The notes below the pieces were generated by a model that saw nothing but the letters and a program-made list of their open reading frames with translations, was not told where the DNA came from and made no database searches. DNA of 64,000 nt, taken from the NCBI GenBank assembly GCA_965112155.1, contig OZ218111.1. The stretch is one strand, 5' to 3'. Positions 1-13,424 of the stretch are shown piece after piece (the first letter of the stretch is position 1; every line of letters begins with the position of its first letter). Both the position numbers and the translations under genes were made by a program. This stretch comes from Podarcis liolepis (taxonomy: Eukaryota).

Positions 1-1899
1 GCTGTGGTGCACATACCTTTGGTCTCCAACACAAAGTGTTTCCTAGGAGGCTCAGGAGGATCAGGTGTAGTGAACATTGCCACCCGAGGCAATTGCTTCA
101 CTCTGCCTAATGATAGGCCCGGCCCTGTTAGGACACATTCCCAGCCAACCTGATTAGCTGGACTTTTATATATGGGGTAACCAGAATATGCAGTAATAAT
201 GGGATATTAAAAGGAACCAAGGAAGCAGTGGGAAGGGAAGTTGACATTAAATGTATTGCTTAATTGGCTAATGTATAAATGTGGAAAATGTGTAATAGAA
301 AATTTTAATAAAAAATGATTTAAAAAAAATAAACAATGATTAGCCGGACTTTTAATACTCAAGCTTAAACCAGAAAAGAAAGTGGGAATGTTTTGACCCT
401 TTTTAGATTGGATGAAATTTGATTGTGTTTTGATGGGGGTGGCTGGCTCGACTGCTTTTCTTCGACACACATACGCATACACAGCATCAAACCCACGAGC
501 TGAAGGAAAGCACATCTATAAACAAGAAAAGCTAATTTTACAAGCTAGATGGGTCCGTGTGTATCTCACCTGCCTCCCCCACCCCCATCTGAATCCCGTC
601 TTCCTTGCTGAGCTGCAACTTGGAGAGAGGTTTTTTTTTTACGGCGGAGTTGTAAAAAACCTGGAAAACAGGAGAGTTTATGGTGGAACCACTAGCAGAC
701 CTTTAACTATAGCAGTATTCATGGTTACCACTACAAGGAAGGTATTATGTTGGGAGGGTAGTAAAGTTAAACCTGCCCTCGGGGCATTCTGAAATGTTAA
801 CGGCTCGTGCATACACTTAGGTTTTCAGAGCACAGGTGTGTGTCGTGGAAGAGGAGGGTGCCTAGAACAAAGCCGCCACCAGATTATTTTTTTTGTTGTG
901 TTGTGTTTTTAATGTTTTGCTCTGCGCTGGTGAAAAAATTTCTCTACTTGTGAACAACTACATTTGATTAAAAGCTGTCAGATTTATCTACTTAGGAAGA
1001 GGGAAGAAATATGTGCTTCCCCCTAGAAAGGAAATCAATGTGTCTCTTTGATAGATGCCGACTTGGAAAGCAGGGTGAGTGTCCCTTTAAATGGCCAAGG
1101 AAGCGAGCTGGCCAGACACTACCATTAGCCAGGGACATAATTGTAGTGGAGGAAAGCTGGTCTTTATATCGCATAATCCATGTTTACAGAATTGTTTTCT
1201 GAGGGCAAGGCAACGAGACTATTCAAAAGGAAGGAATTGGTGATGGGAGGAGGCAGGATAGAGGGACCAATCTGGGAGGTGCATGTGCAGAATGAACCTT
1301 CTGAGGAAAACTTCCTATTGGCTGATCCACGTTCCATTAGGGCCTTCCCATAGGGGATGGATTGTTCAGCGGCCTGTAATTTACTGATCTAACCAGTAAA
1401 ACTAGAGTTCTTGTATGTAGCCAGCATCAATGTACCGGCAGCCAGTAAACTCTGCCTTGCTCCATAATTCCATTGATCAGTTTTTAGCGGGAGAGGTTAT
1501 CAAATCCACAGCCTGCCTTGCATCTCCCATACCCACCCAGTTTCCTCTGTACCAATATTCCCATGTATGATGTACTGATCGTTTGCACCTTGACCCAATC
1601 CAGAAAAAAAATACAAAACCTTTTGAAATAAAGAATGCTGTAATAATGTCAGGGCCTTATTTAATTTGATGGTTTTTGTCTTCTAGGGCACAGTGCTACA
1701 ATATCCCTTCCCCTCCTCCAAAATCCTCTGTTCCATCATGAGGACTTGAAACTTCCTTGAGGTGTGCTATCACTACAAATTTGAACGTGGCTGCACCAGT
1801 TAATTTAAATGACATGACAAAAAGGCTCAGCAATCTTCCAGAAAGTGAAAAAGTTATCAAGTATCTCCATTTGTATTAATAGCATGCCCATCTCTTTAT

Positions 1900-2344
1900 G
1901 GTGGCCGCCGAGTGGCTGCCGAGACCACATAACACTGGTCCTGCAAGACCTACATTGACTCCCAGTACATTTCCGAGCACAATTCAAAGTGTGGGTGCTG
2001 ACCTTTAAAGCCCTAAGTGGCGTCTCCACCCCCATCATTCAGCCTGGACACAGAGGTCTGGCTCCAGCTGTCTTCTGGCAGTTCCCTCCCTGCAAGAAGT
2101 AAGGTTACAGGGAAGCAGGCAGAGGGCCTTCTCGGTAGTGGCACCCGCCCTATGTAACGCCCTCCCATCAGATGCCAAGAAAATAAACAACTATCTGACT
2201 TTTAGAAGACATCTAAAGGCAGCCCTGTTCAGGGAAGTTTTTAATGTTTGATGTTTTATCGTATTTTTAATATTCTGTTGGGAGCTGCCCAGAGTGGCTG
2301 GGGAAACCCAGCCAGATGGGTGGGATATAAATAAATTATTGTTG

Positions 2345-2387
<43 letters not shown>
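1900..2387 (+). mobile_element. L2-clade LINE, 5'-truncated 3' end (ORF2 C-terminus, 3' UTR, (TTA)n tail)
   Basis: ~1922-2020 translates to DHITLVLQDLH*LPVHFRAQFKVWVLTFKAL, the L2 ORF2 C-terminal HITP..LHWLP..RI.FK motif. It ends in cccagagtggctggggaaacccagccagatgggtgggatataaataaa plus (TTA)n. A closely similar copy lies at 32960-33245. Confidence 0.9.
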
Positions 2388-2912
2388 CATGCAGTGACAG
2401 AAATCAAGCACAGCTGTCCTACCGCATTTATGCCCTCACTGCCTGTTGCCCCTGATGCCACACAGATTACACACTGAAATACTTTTCTTCTTATTTCGCT
2501 TGCGCACCATCACAGATAGTGTCGGCTTTTTGATTAGAAGAAGGTACAAGCAATCTTATTTATGAGAATTAATCTCTCCGACATCATAAAAGCCACGAAT
2601 ACACTATATGTTTTATAATGAAATTGGGCTTCAAAAAAGAAAAAGAAAAAAGAAACTTTCTAGCCCCAGCTCAGGAAGTCAACATTGTGTTAACATTTCT
2701 TGCAATACATAAATGGTGCCAAAACCTATTACAGTTGTAGTAAATTTTGATTACTGGAGTTGTTTGTGACTTTATGTCTAGAAGATAAAGATAATATTGA
2801 GAATCGCCTCCTTCTTTTTCATATATAAATTACTTCCATAAAATACTATGTTTTGAAAACAGAGAGAGAGAGAGATGGTTTTATTGCTAGGCTGGAGTAG
2901 ACTTGACAGTAA

Positions 2913-3066
2913 AGTTGCAATCCTTGGAGGAAGCCCAGCTGAACACAGACAGGTTTACTTCTGAGTAAACATGCACAGAATTGCATTTTAATGCTACAGT
3001 CCTAAGCACACTTAATGTGAGTAAGCTCTACTAAACCAACAATCCTGAGTAAACATGCATAGGAGG
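2913..3066. mobile_element. two tandem copies of a short palindromic MITE-like repeat
   Basis: ttgcaatcct...ttacttctgagtaaacatgcacagaattgca is followed by gctacagtcct...ctgagtaaacatgcatagga. Related copies occur at ~37130-37221, 43826-43915, 56798-56875 and 57443-57490. Confidence 0.55.
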
Positions 3067-3142
3067 AGTGTACTATGAATGTGTCAAAATGAGCAACTAC
3101 AAATCTAGTTTCTCTATATTTTCTCCCCTCCAGATCATCTAG

Positions 3143-3256
3143 CTCAACCTTCACCAACCAGGTGTCTTCTGTAAGTTTTTTATCCCATCAGTGCCAACCA
3201 GCATGATGGGAGCTGTAGTCCAAAGCATCTAGAAGGCACTAGGATGGGGAAGGCTC
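3143..3256. mobile_element. short non-autonomous DNA transposon (MITE)
   Basis: Imperfect inverted ends (accttcaccaacc...ggatggggaaggct) with a gatgggagctgtagtcca core that recurs at ~44985-45110 and 45570-45680. Confidence 0.55.
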
Positions 3257-3610
3257 ATCTAGTACGATTTGCCACATGCTTGTCACGTTTCTCCAACTCT
3301 GCTCCAAGCCACTAGCTGGTGGGTGCAGGGTGGGTGGCATGAGAAGGGGCAGAGACAGAGAAATAAGGGTCACTGTGACCAGGATCCATGCATAATCATG
3401 AAGTGATCACAATCCTCAGCAGGCTTTTTAAAAGGACTAACCAAATTCAGGAAGGATAAGCTTTCCCAGTGGCTCTTCGCTAAACTGAACCGACATGAGC
3501 CTATACTACCAAGGAACACATCAGGCACAAACATCCAGTGGTCAGTGTGTGGCTCTTCGCATTTGTCAAACATTCTATTATTATGGGAGCCCAGATCTCT
3601 GGAGCCATGT

Positions 3611-3972
3611 GGTAAAAGGTAAAGGTACCCCCTGACCGTTAGGTCCAGTTGCGGACGACTCTGGGGTTGCGCGCTCATCTCGCTCTATAGGCCGAGGGAG
3701 CCGGCGTTTGTCCGCAAACAGCTTCCGGGTCATGTGACCAGCATGACCAAGCCACTTCTGGCAAACCAGAGCAGTGCACGGAAACACTGTTTACCTTCCC
3801 ACCGGAGTGGTACCTATTTATCTACTTGCACTTTGACGTGCTTTCAAACTGCTAGGTTGGCAGGAGCTGGGACCAAACAATGGGAGCTCACCCCGTTGCG
3901 AGGATTCGAAGCGCCGACATTCCAATTGGCAAGCCCTTGGCTCTGTGGTTTAAACCACAGCACCACCCATGC
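3611..3972 (-). mobile_element. Sauria SINE (Squam1), near full length
   Basis: The + strand begins ggtaaaaggtaaaggt, the reverse complement of the (ACCTTT)n tail. The body matches the copies at 19512 and 39754, and the tRNA-like head is at the right end. Confidence 0.93.
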
Positions 3973-5225
3973 TGAAAAGGTTAAATAAAGAATAAAAGAA
4001 TGAATGAATACAGCATAATAAAGAATAAGAGCCATTGTTGCACATGGTGTAAATAACAAACAAATAAGGTCTCTGCAAGCAATCATTTGAGGCCTCCAGC
4101 AAGAGAAATTTGCCCCTTCCCTGGGTGGGAAAGAGAGAGGAGAAGGAGAAAGAGTGCTGGGGAGAGGGAGGGTGGAGGGAGACTAGGTTAGCAAAAAGAG
4201 AAAAGAAAAATGGTATGTTTAGCTCTGGCTCCATTTTTTGCTTCCTGCTCTTACCAATAGATTACCTCTGAGGGAATGCAGCTCTCAATAGAAATTTCCC
4301 CCTCCCTTGCCCATGATTTAAGTCAGGATCATGGAGCCTGGAGTGGAGACTTTCTGCATGCCAAACATATGTTCTGCCTTTGGGATATGGCGCCTTCCTA
4401 ATTTTGGCACCCTGGCAGAGCTACCTAGATCACCTATATATGTTTGAGCCATTGTGGGTACTTTAGGAATTGCTCCTCTGTGCAATGTCAGGAGGTCATT
4501 CTAGGCTAGGAGGGTTTAATAAATAACTATGGCACTGTGCTGCTCTCTGCAAATGTTCGAAATTCTCCCTCCCTGCACCCTCCCTGGAAACTTGTTCACA
4601 GTTTCCAAAAACATGGGATTCTTGAAGCTGGCAATGAATGGCAAACTAAGTTGGTCCTCAGAAGTTTCCTGATGTGCTTCAATAGTCTGCATCCATCCTC
4701 AATTGTTCCAGCTTTTCCGTATATCTGGAAAGCATGACAACAGCATTTCTGCAAGATGGTGGGGTGGGGGAATAAAAGGAAGATTGATAAAGCAAAGCAA
4801 TTGGAGTTATTTCCTATGCATGAAATTGATTAAATGCTTCACTAAATGGCTTATAAATTTGCCTCTCATATTTCTGTCACCCACTGAAAAAGATTACAGT
4901 GAGCCAGTCGATGACCGTGTTGTATACAATACCAAATTACAAAGGGTTGTAAAAACTAATGTTTTGTTTAAAGTTTTGAGCAGGACCATATGCCTTCAGT
5001 GACCTTGAGTAAGCTATTCTAATTCAAAACATTTTATCCACAAAAAAGTGGATAAAAGGGAGGGGGTGAAAAACAGAAGAGTGCAGAATCCATCTGCATA
5101 ATAAACCCCAAACCTGTGTGGTTTAGTCACTGTGTAGAACTTTGCTGAACTTCTACAGAGGAAGGAATGTTGGGCATTTACACGTTCATCGCATATCATG
5201 GAGACAGCACTTGAGAGCTATGTGG

Positions 5226-5320
5226 AAGGGCCATAGTTCAGTGGCAGAGCATTTCCTGTGCATGAAGGTCCTCGCAACTCAGGTAGAGCTGGGAGTGTCC
5301 CCATAAAAAGCTTCCTATCT
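5226..5320 (+). mobile_element. internally deleted tRNA-Ala-derived SINE (Squam2-like)
   Basis: Head gggccatagttcagtggcagagc, then caggtagagctgggag and gcttccta, matching the family best seen at 45755. Confidence 0.6.
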
Positions 5321-5382
5321 GCCTAAATTTTCTGCAAGGAAGGACCATCCCTTCCAGCCCATCTTTCAACTCAGTTCAAAGT

Positions 5383-5645
5383 GAGATACCCCACCTGGAG
5401 CACTGTGTCCAATTCTGGGCACCACAGTTTAAGAAAGGTGGTGGTGCTGGTGATTGACAAGCTGGAACGTGTGCAGAGGAGGGCAACCAAGATGGACAAG
5501 GGTCTGGAAACCAAGCCTTATGAGGAATGGTTGAGGGAATTGGGTATCTTTGACCTAGAGAAGACCTAGAGGTGATACGATAGGCATCTTCTTATATCTG
5601 AAGGGCTGTCACAAGGGCTTCTTTCCTGTTACTCAAGAGGGTAGG

Positions 5646-5687
<42 letters not shown>

Positions 5688-5965
5688 TGTTTATACCCCA
5701 CCCATCTGTCTGGGTTTCCCCAGGCCAGAACCAACGATAAGAATGAGACTCTGAGTAAACATTAGGAAGAACTTTTTGGTGGCAAGAGCTGTTCAACAGT
5801 GGAATGGACTACCTTGGAAGGTGACAGACACTCCTTCGTTGGAGGTTTTTAAACAGAGGTTTAATGGCCATCTGTCAGGGATTCTTTAGCTGTGGTTACT
5901 GCATTGCAAGACGTTTGACTAGATGACCTTGGTGTCTCTTCCAACTCTACAATTCTATTGCTCTA
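5383..5965 (+). mobile_element. CR1 LINE 3' end (ORF2 C-terminus and 3' terminus), interrupted by a short insertion
   Basis: Encodes [16 protein letters not shown] and [28 protein letters not shown], typical CR1 ORF2 motifs. It ends in ttccaactctacaattctattgctcta, a CR1-type terminus. Confidence 0.9.
5646..5723 (-). mobile_element. extreme 3' tail of the young L2 family nested in the CR1
   Basis: (ATT)n followed by tttataccccacccatctgtctgggtttcccca, the reverse complement of the L2 tail at 2298-2387. Confidence 0.8.
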
Positions 5966-6004
5966 CATTAAGGATTGTCTCTTCCTATGTGTACTTACCT
6001 GGAC

Positions 6005-6190
6005 CTTATCCTCCAAAGCCCTTCTTGGGTGCACCCAGCAAGCAAAGTGTGAGGGGTAACTATTGGAGAAAGCCCTTTCAGTGTTGGCTCCCTGGCTGTG
6101 AAATATTCTCCCTGGCACCCACTTTGTGGTCTTTTCAGTACCAGGTTGAATACCTGTTGTTTTGTTTATTTCTCAGGGTCTTTTAAACTC
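6005..6190 (+). mobile_element. degraded L2 3' fragment
   Basis: agcccttttcagtgttggctccctggctgtgaaatattctccc resembles the L2 RAFSV.AP.LWN.LP motif. Confidence 0.5.
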
Positions 6191-6416
6191 TTCACCTTCC
6201 AAACATTGTTTGATGCAGGTCTTGGTGTTGCTGAATTAACTCACCATGAGTGCCTAGGCTCCGTATTTGCCTGTTCCTTTGAGGGTGGAGCCTCAAAGTT
6301 ACTTTATATCAGAGAAGGGGACCCTCAGGCTCTGAGGCCAAATGGAGTCCCTGAAAGCCTTTATATCTGACCATAGGAACTCCCTACAGCTCCTTTCCAC
6401 AGGCCACACTCCTCAT

Positions 6417-6690
6417 TAGGGATGGGGGAGAAAATCAATTCAGTTCGCATTTAAAGGAGAAACTACCAAATGCATTGAAACAAAATGCAATACCGAAACA
6501 CAGCCATCCTGCACTATTCAAAGTTCACTGAATTTTGCAAGGCAGATCTCCAACCATGTGCATAAATGGGGGGGGGGGGAGATTGCTTGCAGAAATGTGT
6601 CTGTAAGTCAAAAGTGCATACAAAATCTGAAGGTTAGGAAAAATTCTCTCTAAAATGCTGACAAATTTTCATTTTCATGAGGAGAGAGAG
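6417..6690 (+). mobile_element. non-autonomous hAT-like element (TAGGGATG-end family), partial
   Basis: Starts tagggatgggggagaa. The internal sequence (aaacacagccatcc, tgcatacaaaat, taaaatgctg) is shared with 36177-36590 and, inverted, with 18493-19155 and 31778-32197. Confidence 0.6.
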
Positions 6691-7414
6691 TTTCCCAGAA
6701 AATGGCCACCATAGACCCATGGCAACAGGTGCCCATAGAGACTGTTGGAGTGGGAGGCAGGGAGCCCAAAAGTAGGTGGAGCCAGAGCTGATGACAGGCA
6801 GAGCCAACTAATTCTAGTTTTGTCCCCATCCTCCTGCCTGCTGAGTTCTACAAGAAACAATACTAAGACAGAAGAGGAGGAACCTGACAGACAGTGCTAT
6901 CCTCTGTCCTGATTGTAAGTAGGAAGGCAGGCAGGTGGGGGTGGGGCTGAAAACAAGCTTGGGTTAGTGGGCAGTGCCCCATTTGCTATAATGGGCCACC
7001 CTCCACTGCCAGGAGGGTCTTGTTCCACAAGGTGGGAGTGGTACTGCCTTTTCCCAATGTTGCTTTTAGCTGCTTTTCCTGCATCTAGGTCTGTTGCCTG
7101 ACTTTATCCCTAAGGCAGAGAAATAGAGTGCTTTTGGTAGGGGTAGACCAGGTACATCTATTCTACTGTTCTCCTCTGCATATGCTCTTTGTCTGGGAAG
7201 GAGGGCAGTGTCCCAGGATGAGGCCAGGGGCTTCGTCTTCAGGGGTCAGTTTCAGACACTTCCACCCACAACAATCTGGCCCCCAGGTATCTAATACAAT
7301 ATCCTTCTAAGTCCCATTTTATATATGCCCTATATAGTGTCAATACTAGAAAATGACTTTTTCCACTTACCACCCTATGCAGGGTGCAGTGCCAAATCCA
7401 ACTGATCCTAGTGT

Positions 7415-7745
7415 TCTTCCCTGGTTTCCCCAGTTGTGGAATGCCCTTCCCAGCAAGGTGCGCCTGTCTCCATCATCATTAACTTTCAGGAGGAATTTGA
7501 AAACATTCCCGTTCACGCTTGCACTTGGTGACTGTTCTGGCCAGCCCCGTGACCACTGCATGGAATAATGTGGGAGGTTTTTTTTAATGGAAACTGCTTT
7601 TAGATGCTTTTAATTGCAATAGTTTTTTGAATGTTTTAAATGTTTTAGAATGCTTTTGCTTTTTTGTTGTTTTTAAACTTGTGTTTCTGTTTGCTGCCCT
7701 GGGCTCTCTGTGGAGGAAGAGCCGGGTATTAAATAAATAAATAAA
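7415..7745 (+). mobile_element. L2 3' end
   Basis: PQLWNALP..VRLSPS.LTFRRNLKT motif (in ORF 7353..7568), then a T-rich UTR and gccctgggctc...gggtattaaataaataaataaat tail. Confidence 0.75.
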
Positions 7746-8379
7746 TGAGATCTGCACGGGGCAAGAGGTCTTTCAGAGTCCTTTGACATTAAGCAGGCAG
7801 CCTCACTAAGTGGTTTTAGATTCAAGCCAACCCAGAACATATAATTCAGTTACCTATCTTGGTTCTAAAAGTTTTACTGATTTTTATCTGTGCTTTAATT
7901 ATAATTGTCTTACTTATATTTGTTTTTTTAATAATTTTGTGGCTTTTAGCTGTGTCTTATCTGCAGTTTTATTGTGTACACAGCTTAGAGAGCTGTTTGA
8001 TTAGGGAGTTTATAAATCTTTCTAAATCAGAATAAATAAATAAAGCATAGCCTGTTACATGCACACACACACACAAAATCAGATGTGGTCCAAAGGGGCC
8101 CAGATTCTGGATTCAAATAAGAATGTGTAGATCTAACACGGTACAGAAAATAACCCCCCACTTCAACCAATAACATCCATAAGTCTTAAGAACATGTGCA
8201 GCTGAAGGTAACATGATACCCATCACGAATCAGGACTAAATTCCCTCCCCCGCCTCCTTAGAAGATATCCACATTTGCTGTCCATATTCCAGCAGGCTCT
8301 TGGGTTCAGGAACAGAAAGGGGGATTCTCTTCCTCCCTCCCCCGCCCCCAATGACTACTTTTGTTTTCTTTGAGATGGA

Positions 8380-8680
8380 GCTGTAAGCAGGAGAATTTAA
8401 GAGATGCCAGTCATCAGGATGTGACACCGACTCAACGACTTCAAGTGTTTTAACTGACATAATTAATATTTTTAAGGGAGCCACTGACATCATAAGCTCT
8501 GTACACAGTCTTTACCTTTTCAACAGGCACAGTTAATGCTCTGTGACAAAGTATATTATTTCTTGCCTGTAATCCATTCATGAAAAGGTCAATCTCTTAC
8601 CATTATTTTGTCAACGGAGAAGTGTTACCTTTAGGCAACAAGTTAATTTTCAAATTAAAGAAGAAGGAGTTCTTAAACTG
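8380..8680. promoter_or_regulatory. putative conserved non-coding element (enhancer-like)
   Basis: Repeat-free, complex AT-rich island with multiple TAAT/ATTA and TGACA motifs. Conservation is inferred, not measured. Confidence 0.45.
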
Positions 8681-9021
8681 TTGGATTTTTTTTTAAAAAA
8701 AGCAACAACCCACAACCCTGCTTGCTATTTAATGAACAGTCCTAGGTCGGTGCAGAATTTATGTTTAAGGAAAGCATGTGTTAGGAATATGCAAGAGGAA
8801 ATACACTTTTAAATGCTCAGATGATTTTTTTAAAATCTATGGGTGTGGAGAGAAAGCCTTTGAAGAAGTCTCTTAGCTCTAAAGCAAACAGCCTTTATTT
8901 AAAATTCCTACTGAGCCCCCCCCCCCCCCGTCCCACCTCCCACCCCAAGTTCTTTGATTATTCAGACCTTGGCCACACTGATATTATTACTAGTTTTAGT
9001 TGTTTTATTTTTATTTATATC

Positions 9022-9298
9022 AAAGGTGAGGAACATTTTTCAGCCTAGGGGCCACATCCCCTTGCTGATAATCTTTCAGGAGCCACATGTCAGTGGTGTG
9101 CAGAATAAAAGGCAAAAGTGGGTGGGGCAGAGGAAAAGTGACAATTGTGACTCTTACCTTTGTATAGTAGGATACACACACATATTCCCACCTTCATCCA
9201 GGTAGAACTGGGATATGTCTGGGAAGGACCCCAAGAGAGAAACAGAGAGACCTGGAGAGCCATTTTTGACCCCCTGGGGCTGAGGTTTGCCAACTCTG
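9022..9298. mobile_element. hAT/Charlie-like MITE
   Basis: Ends aaggtgaggaac...tttcagcctaggggccacat and gggctgaggtttgccaactctg; same family as 33940-35175. Confidence 0.55.
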
Positions 9299-10759
9299 GT
9301 TTATACAACTAACACAGCCCTAACCTAACAATGACTCCCTTAAACCAGTAACCTCTATAAGTCTGAAGAACATGTGCAGCAGGAAGTAACATGACACCCA
9401 ATGTCATGAGTCAACATGCATTGGGTTTATTCATTTCCAGTCAACAGGGGTGTCAGAAACAAAATTCCCTTAGGTTCACCTAGACAGAGAGTGAGATCAT
9501 AGACTTACCTTATAGCCTGGTAATTTCGAGGGGGGGGCATCTCCCCAAGAACGTTTGCCAACAGTGCATGTATGATGGCCACACTTTATTACAAATCTGT
9601 GTACAGCCATAAGGGCTATAAAATTGACCAGGAGGGAGGGAGGTGCTAAATTCTGCAGCATCAATCTTTGTGCAATGATAGAACACAGGAAACAATATTT
9701 CAGAATCTACAAACCAAGTCTCATGATACGGACATATGTCTGCGTAGCCAATACTGAGCTAAATGAAGCAATGGTCTTGACTTGGTATAAGGCAACTTCC
9801 TACATTACTAGGTTTATTTTATTTGTTCAAATATTTATCAACTGCATTTTCATAGGAAATACAAGAAGGCAGTGTATTAAAAAAAATTCCACAAAACTGC
9901 AATATCAGTAAGAACTGGTTGGTAAAGAAAAGATCATGGGTCAAAGGCCAGTCTGAAAAAATACAGATTTTTAAAGAAAGCAGGGATGACTCCTGCCAGC
10001 TTTCTATTGACAAGGCGTTCCAAAGGCACACTAAATGCTCAGCTCTTGGTAAAGGTCAACTAACCCTCAGGGACATGGGGGACCTCCCAAAGTGCCACTT
10101 CAGAGAGTCTCAGCAGTTGAGATGGAGCCTAAAGAATCAGGTGGCCCTAAAGCTAATTTAGTCCCAAGTTGTTCAGGGCTCTGTGAATTTACACAGCAAC
10201 CTTGAGCCTGCCCTGGTTCCTAATCCCCAAGAGTTGCAGCTATATTCAGACTTGGACACCACAAGTTACACAGTGCTGGATCAACACCCAACACTTCCGG
10301 GCAATGCCATGTCCGTCATTTCCCCTTGCTGCCACTGTGACCTGTAGGGTTAGACATTCATCCAGGTGCTTGAAGAGTTAAGCCCTCCTCTTGCAGCGAG
10401 CTGGACCGCCCCAGATCCCACGTTCAAAGTGCCCCAGAAGCCTTGCGCCATCTTCATCCAATAACTTGTCTTGTAATTGCTTTACTGATTGCTCATGTCA
10501 TCGTGTTTTAGTATATATAGCTCACCCCTCCTCGCCCTCCCCTTGTGCTCTCACACAGCCGCCAACAAGCCAGGGGAGCCATTCTTTATTCATTGTAACT
10601 CCCCAACTGCCCTGTGTCAGGTTGCGCTCCAGGCCCCTCTGATAAACATCAGCAGATGATTGGACACACACATTCTTAACATGGCTGACCCATGGCATCT
10701 TAGGAGGCAACAGGGAACCTGTCATTATGTGTACAATGCTCTTCTTTCTTTCTAGCCTT

Positions 10760-11000
10760 ATCTTTCCGCAGATGAGGCCGAGATTCTTATTAACTCATTA
10801 ATGACTGAAGATGTCAGTAAAGACAGCGGTGGCAGAGAAGGCAAAGAGGGCTTGCCTTGCTTATTTTAAGTCGGGTTGTAATTAGCAAAGTGTTAACTTC
10901 TCTCAGATTGGACAGCTGAAATCATTTGAATTTATTTTTTTAAAAAGAGCAGCTTGCAAGGACCCAGCGTGGAGCAAACAGGGATATAGTTTGCCTGCTC
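10760..11000. promoter_or_regulatory. putative conserved non-coding element
   Basis: Repeat-free, retains CpGs, and contains ctcattaatg, gtaattag and a CAGCTG E-box. Confidence 0.35.
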
Positions 11001-11909
11001 CATCCTGTTTGTTAAGGAAAAGGGGGAAAGAAAAGGTTGCAAGGGAAGATTGCAACCTTTTTTAGGGGGTGAGGAAAGAGAGAACACTAGCATATCAAGC
11101 TGTGCATAGCTGGCTGGCAAGTTTTGCCAGCAGGATACCGAGACTAAATTCTTTCTTTATCTTACTGTCCCAGGAATCTAAAATCTTACATAACATTCTA
11201 TAGCAAATTGTTTGCTCTAAACCTCTTCCGTATGCTTCCAAGTCTGAAGCTGGAATGTCCCATGGACAGTTTCTTGTTTACTTCCTCTCTCTTCTTCTTC
11301 TTATTTATGTGTTTAGTTTTCTTTCCTCTGATCAACAGCTTGGAGTTGCCAATGGAGCAACCCTGGAGAAAAGTGGTAGGACTGCCATCTTAAAGCTGCC
11401 ATTTCATAAATTATTACTACTCGCCATAGATCCTATTAGGCTGCAATCCTAACCACTGGCCAGCACTGTCAGGGCTTTGATGGCAAATGCCATAATTTCA
11501 CTATGCACTATATCAAGAAGTCCTTTTGGTCAGGCCTGAATTTCCCACCATCCAACTTTACTGTTAGATTCTAGTGCTCATCCCTCAGTGTTCTTTCATT
11601 CTTCAGAATGATGCTGGGTGCCAGTCCTCTGTGGCTGACTCACCTCCTTTCACTCTGATTGGCTCCAATCAGCACAAAGGGTGAGAAGACTTATTCTCAG
11701 TCGCTAAAACCCTCTCCTTTCATGCCAATTGGTCAGCTCTAGCATGCTTGAGACAAGGACCCTGCTGCAGAAATAGTAATGGATCTTTGACCGGCCCTGC
11801 CACAACTCCAGACAAGCACACCTCTCTTCCTGACCCAGAGACCACCTGTTCCATGAGTTCTACCATTGTTGAAGCATCTTGCTGACCTTGCATGTATTTT
11901 TATATAAGC

Positions 11910-12149
11910 ATTCACTGTTTAAAGAGAACTAGGAGCCCATAATCAAGTCAACGGAGGGAGAATTCTGATGTCAACGTGAAGAAAGGTACAGAAGCTACTA
12001 GAAGATACAGTAAAGAAGCCCATGACAAGTCATGATAAATGGGTCGTTATAAAATTCATGTTTAGGCCGCACCGGTCTGGGGATAATGCCATTCGTCATG
12101 GCAACACAAGGGCACTAATGAGCCCTCATTGCATATTCATGGCTGTGGA

Positions 12150-12197
<48 letters not shown>

Positions 12198-12720
12198 CTC
12201 TCTGTCCCCCCTCCCCATCCTAAACCAATGCCTAGTAAATATCCTCTACCTCTAAGCTGAAACTCGGCGTTGACTCTCTCTTATTTGTGATGTTGCAGCA
12301 ATTATACTGTAAAAGTGCTGCCCAAGATTGATTGCTTGGATCTGTGGTTCAATTGTAAATTAGAAATACACATCCTCCCTGGGGATCCACAGCCCCCTAT
12401 TTGTGATTAAGAAAAAAGCCCCATAATAGACTAATAGCCAAAGTTCCCTCTCTTTTACTTTCAGGCAATTAGCTTGATGAAATGGCCTCTTTCTGTGCGC
12501 GCTAGAAGTGTAAACCGATATCATAATGAAGTATATGATGTTTATTCTATTATTTTCACCTTCTTGTGTATGGGGAACGAGGCGATGGTGGGGGGGGGGA
12601 CAGGGAGAGAGAATGCATAAGTAATGGGCTGCTTTGTGTGGTGACTTTACCAAGAGTAAAGCGAAGATCTTCCTGAAAGAGGCAGGGAGCCTTGCTGTGG
12701 GTCTTTAAATTAAGCCAGTG
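11910..12720. promoter_or_regulatory. putative conserved non-coding element(s), split by a (TG)n tract
   Basis: Repeat-free, with homeodomain-type motifs (taatca, ttataaaa, ctaatg, caatta) and scattered CpGs. Confidence 0.4.
12153..12196. repeat. (TG)n microsatellite
   Basis: Directly visible. Confidence 0.97.
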
Positions 12721-12960
12721 AGGGTGTAGGTTTCCACTCAGAGACCCTATGCTCTGCTCCAGGAATCCTGTTTTTATTTTTGGAGGAAAGTGTTGAAGGG
12801 AGACCTGGAAGTTGAAAACACATCCTTCAAAGAACTTTGCATTAGCTAAACTGGCAGTTCTTCCCGCATGAGATGGGCCTCCCAGAGAAAACCCTAGAGG
12901 GGGGAGAAGGGTTCCAGATTTGAGAGGGCCCTGGACAATGCATCATCTGGCAGCGCCCAT

Positions 12961-13120
12961 CATAAGAATGTCAAAAGAGCCTGCTGGATCAGGCCAGTGG
13001 TCCATCTAGTCTAACATCCTGTTCTCACAGTGGCCAACCAGATGCCTTTAGGAAATCCACAAGCAGGAACTGAGCATGAGAGCACAGCCGCCATCCCTCC
13101 TGTAGTTTCCAGAAACTCGG
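12961..13120 (-). mobile_element. CR1-type 3' UTR fragment
   Basis: cataagaa...gcctgctggatcaggccagtggtccatctagtctaacatcctgttctcacagtggcc recurs at 18268, 19164, 30238 and, inverted, at 42610 and 43143, where it ends in cttatgttcttatg. Confidence 0.7.
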
Positions 13121-13424
13121 CTGAGGTTGTCAGTGGGCTTACCTGGCTCAAAGCAGTGCTGAGTGGCCAGCAATAGGCACATAGGTTCAGGAAATTATAA
13201 GGGTGGCTAAATCCAGCCACATGGCACATCTTCCTGGTCAGGGGGTGGGGCAATTGAGGAGAAGGCAAGACAAGCCTTGTCAGGGGCCTGACTGCTGGGA
13301 CCTGGAAATTACCAGAAGATGCTGATTGCTGGCACCAGCCTTGCTAGGGAGTTCTGAAGAGTGGTGAGATGTGGAGGAGAATCTTCCATTGTCTGCGCTG
13401 AGCAGACAAGGACAGCAAATTAAA

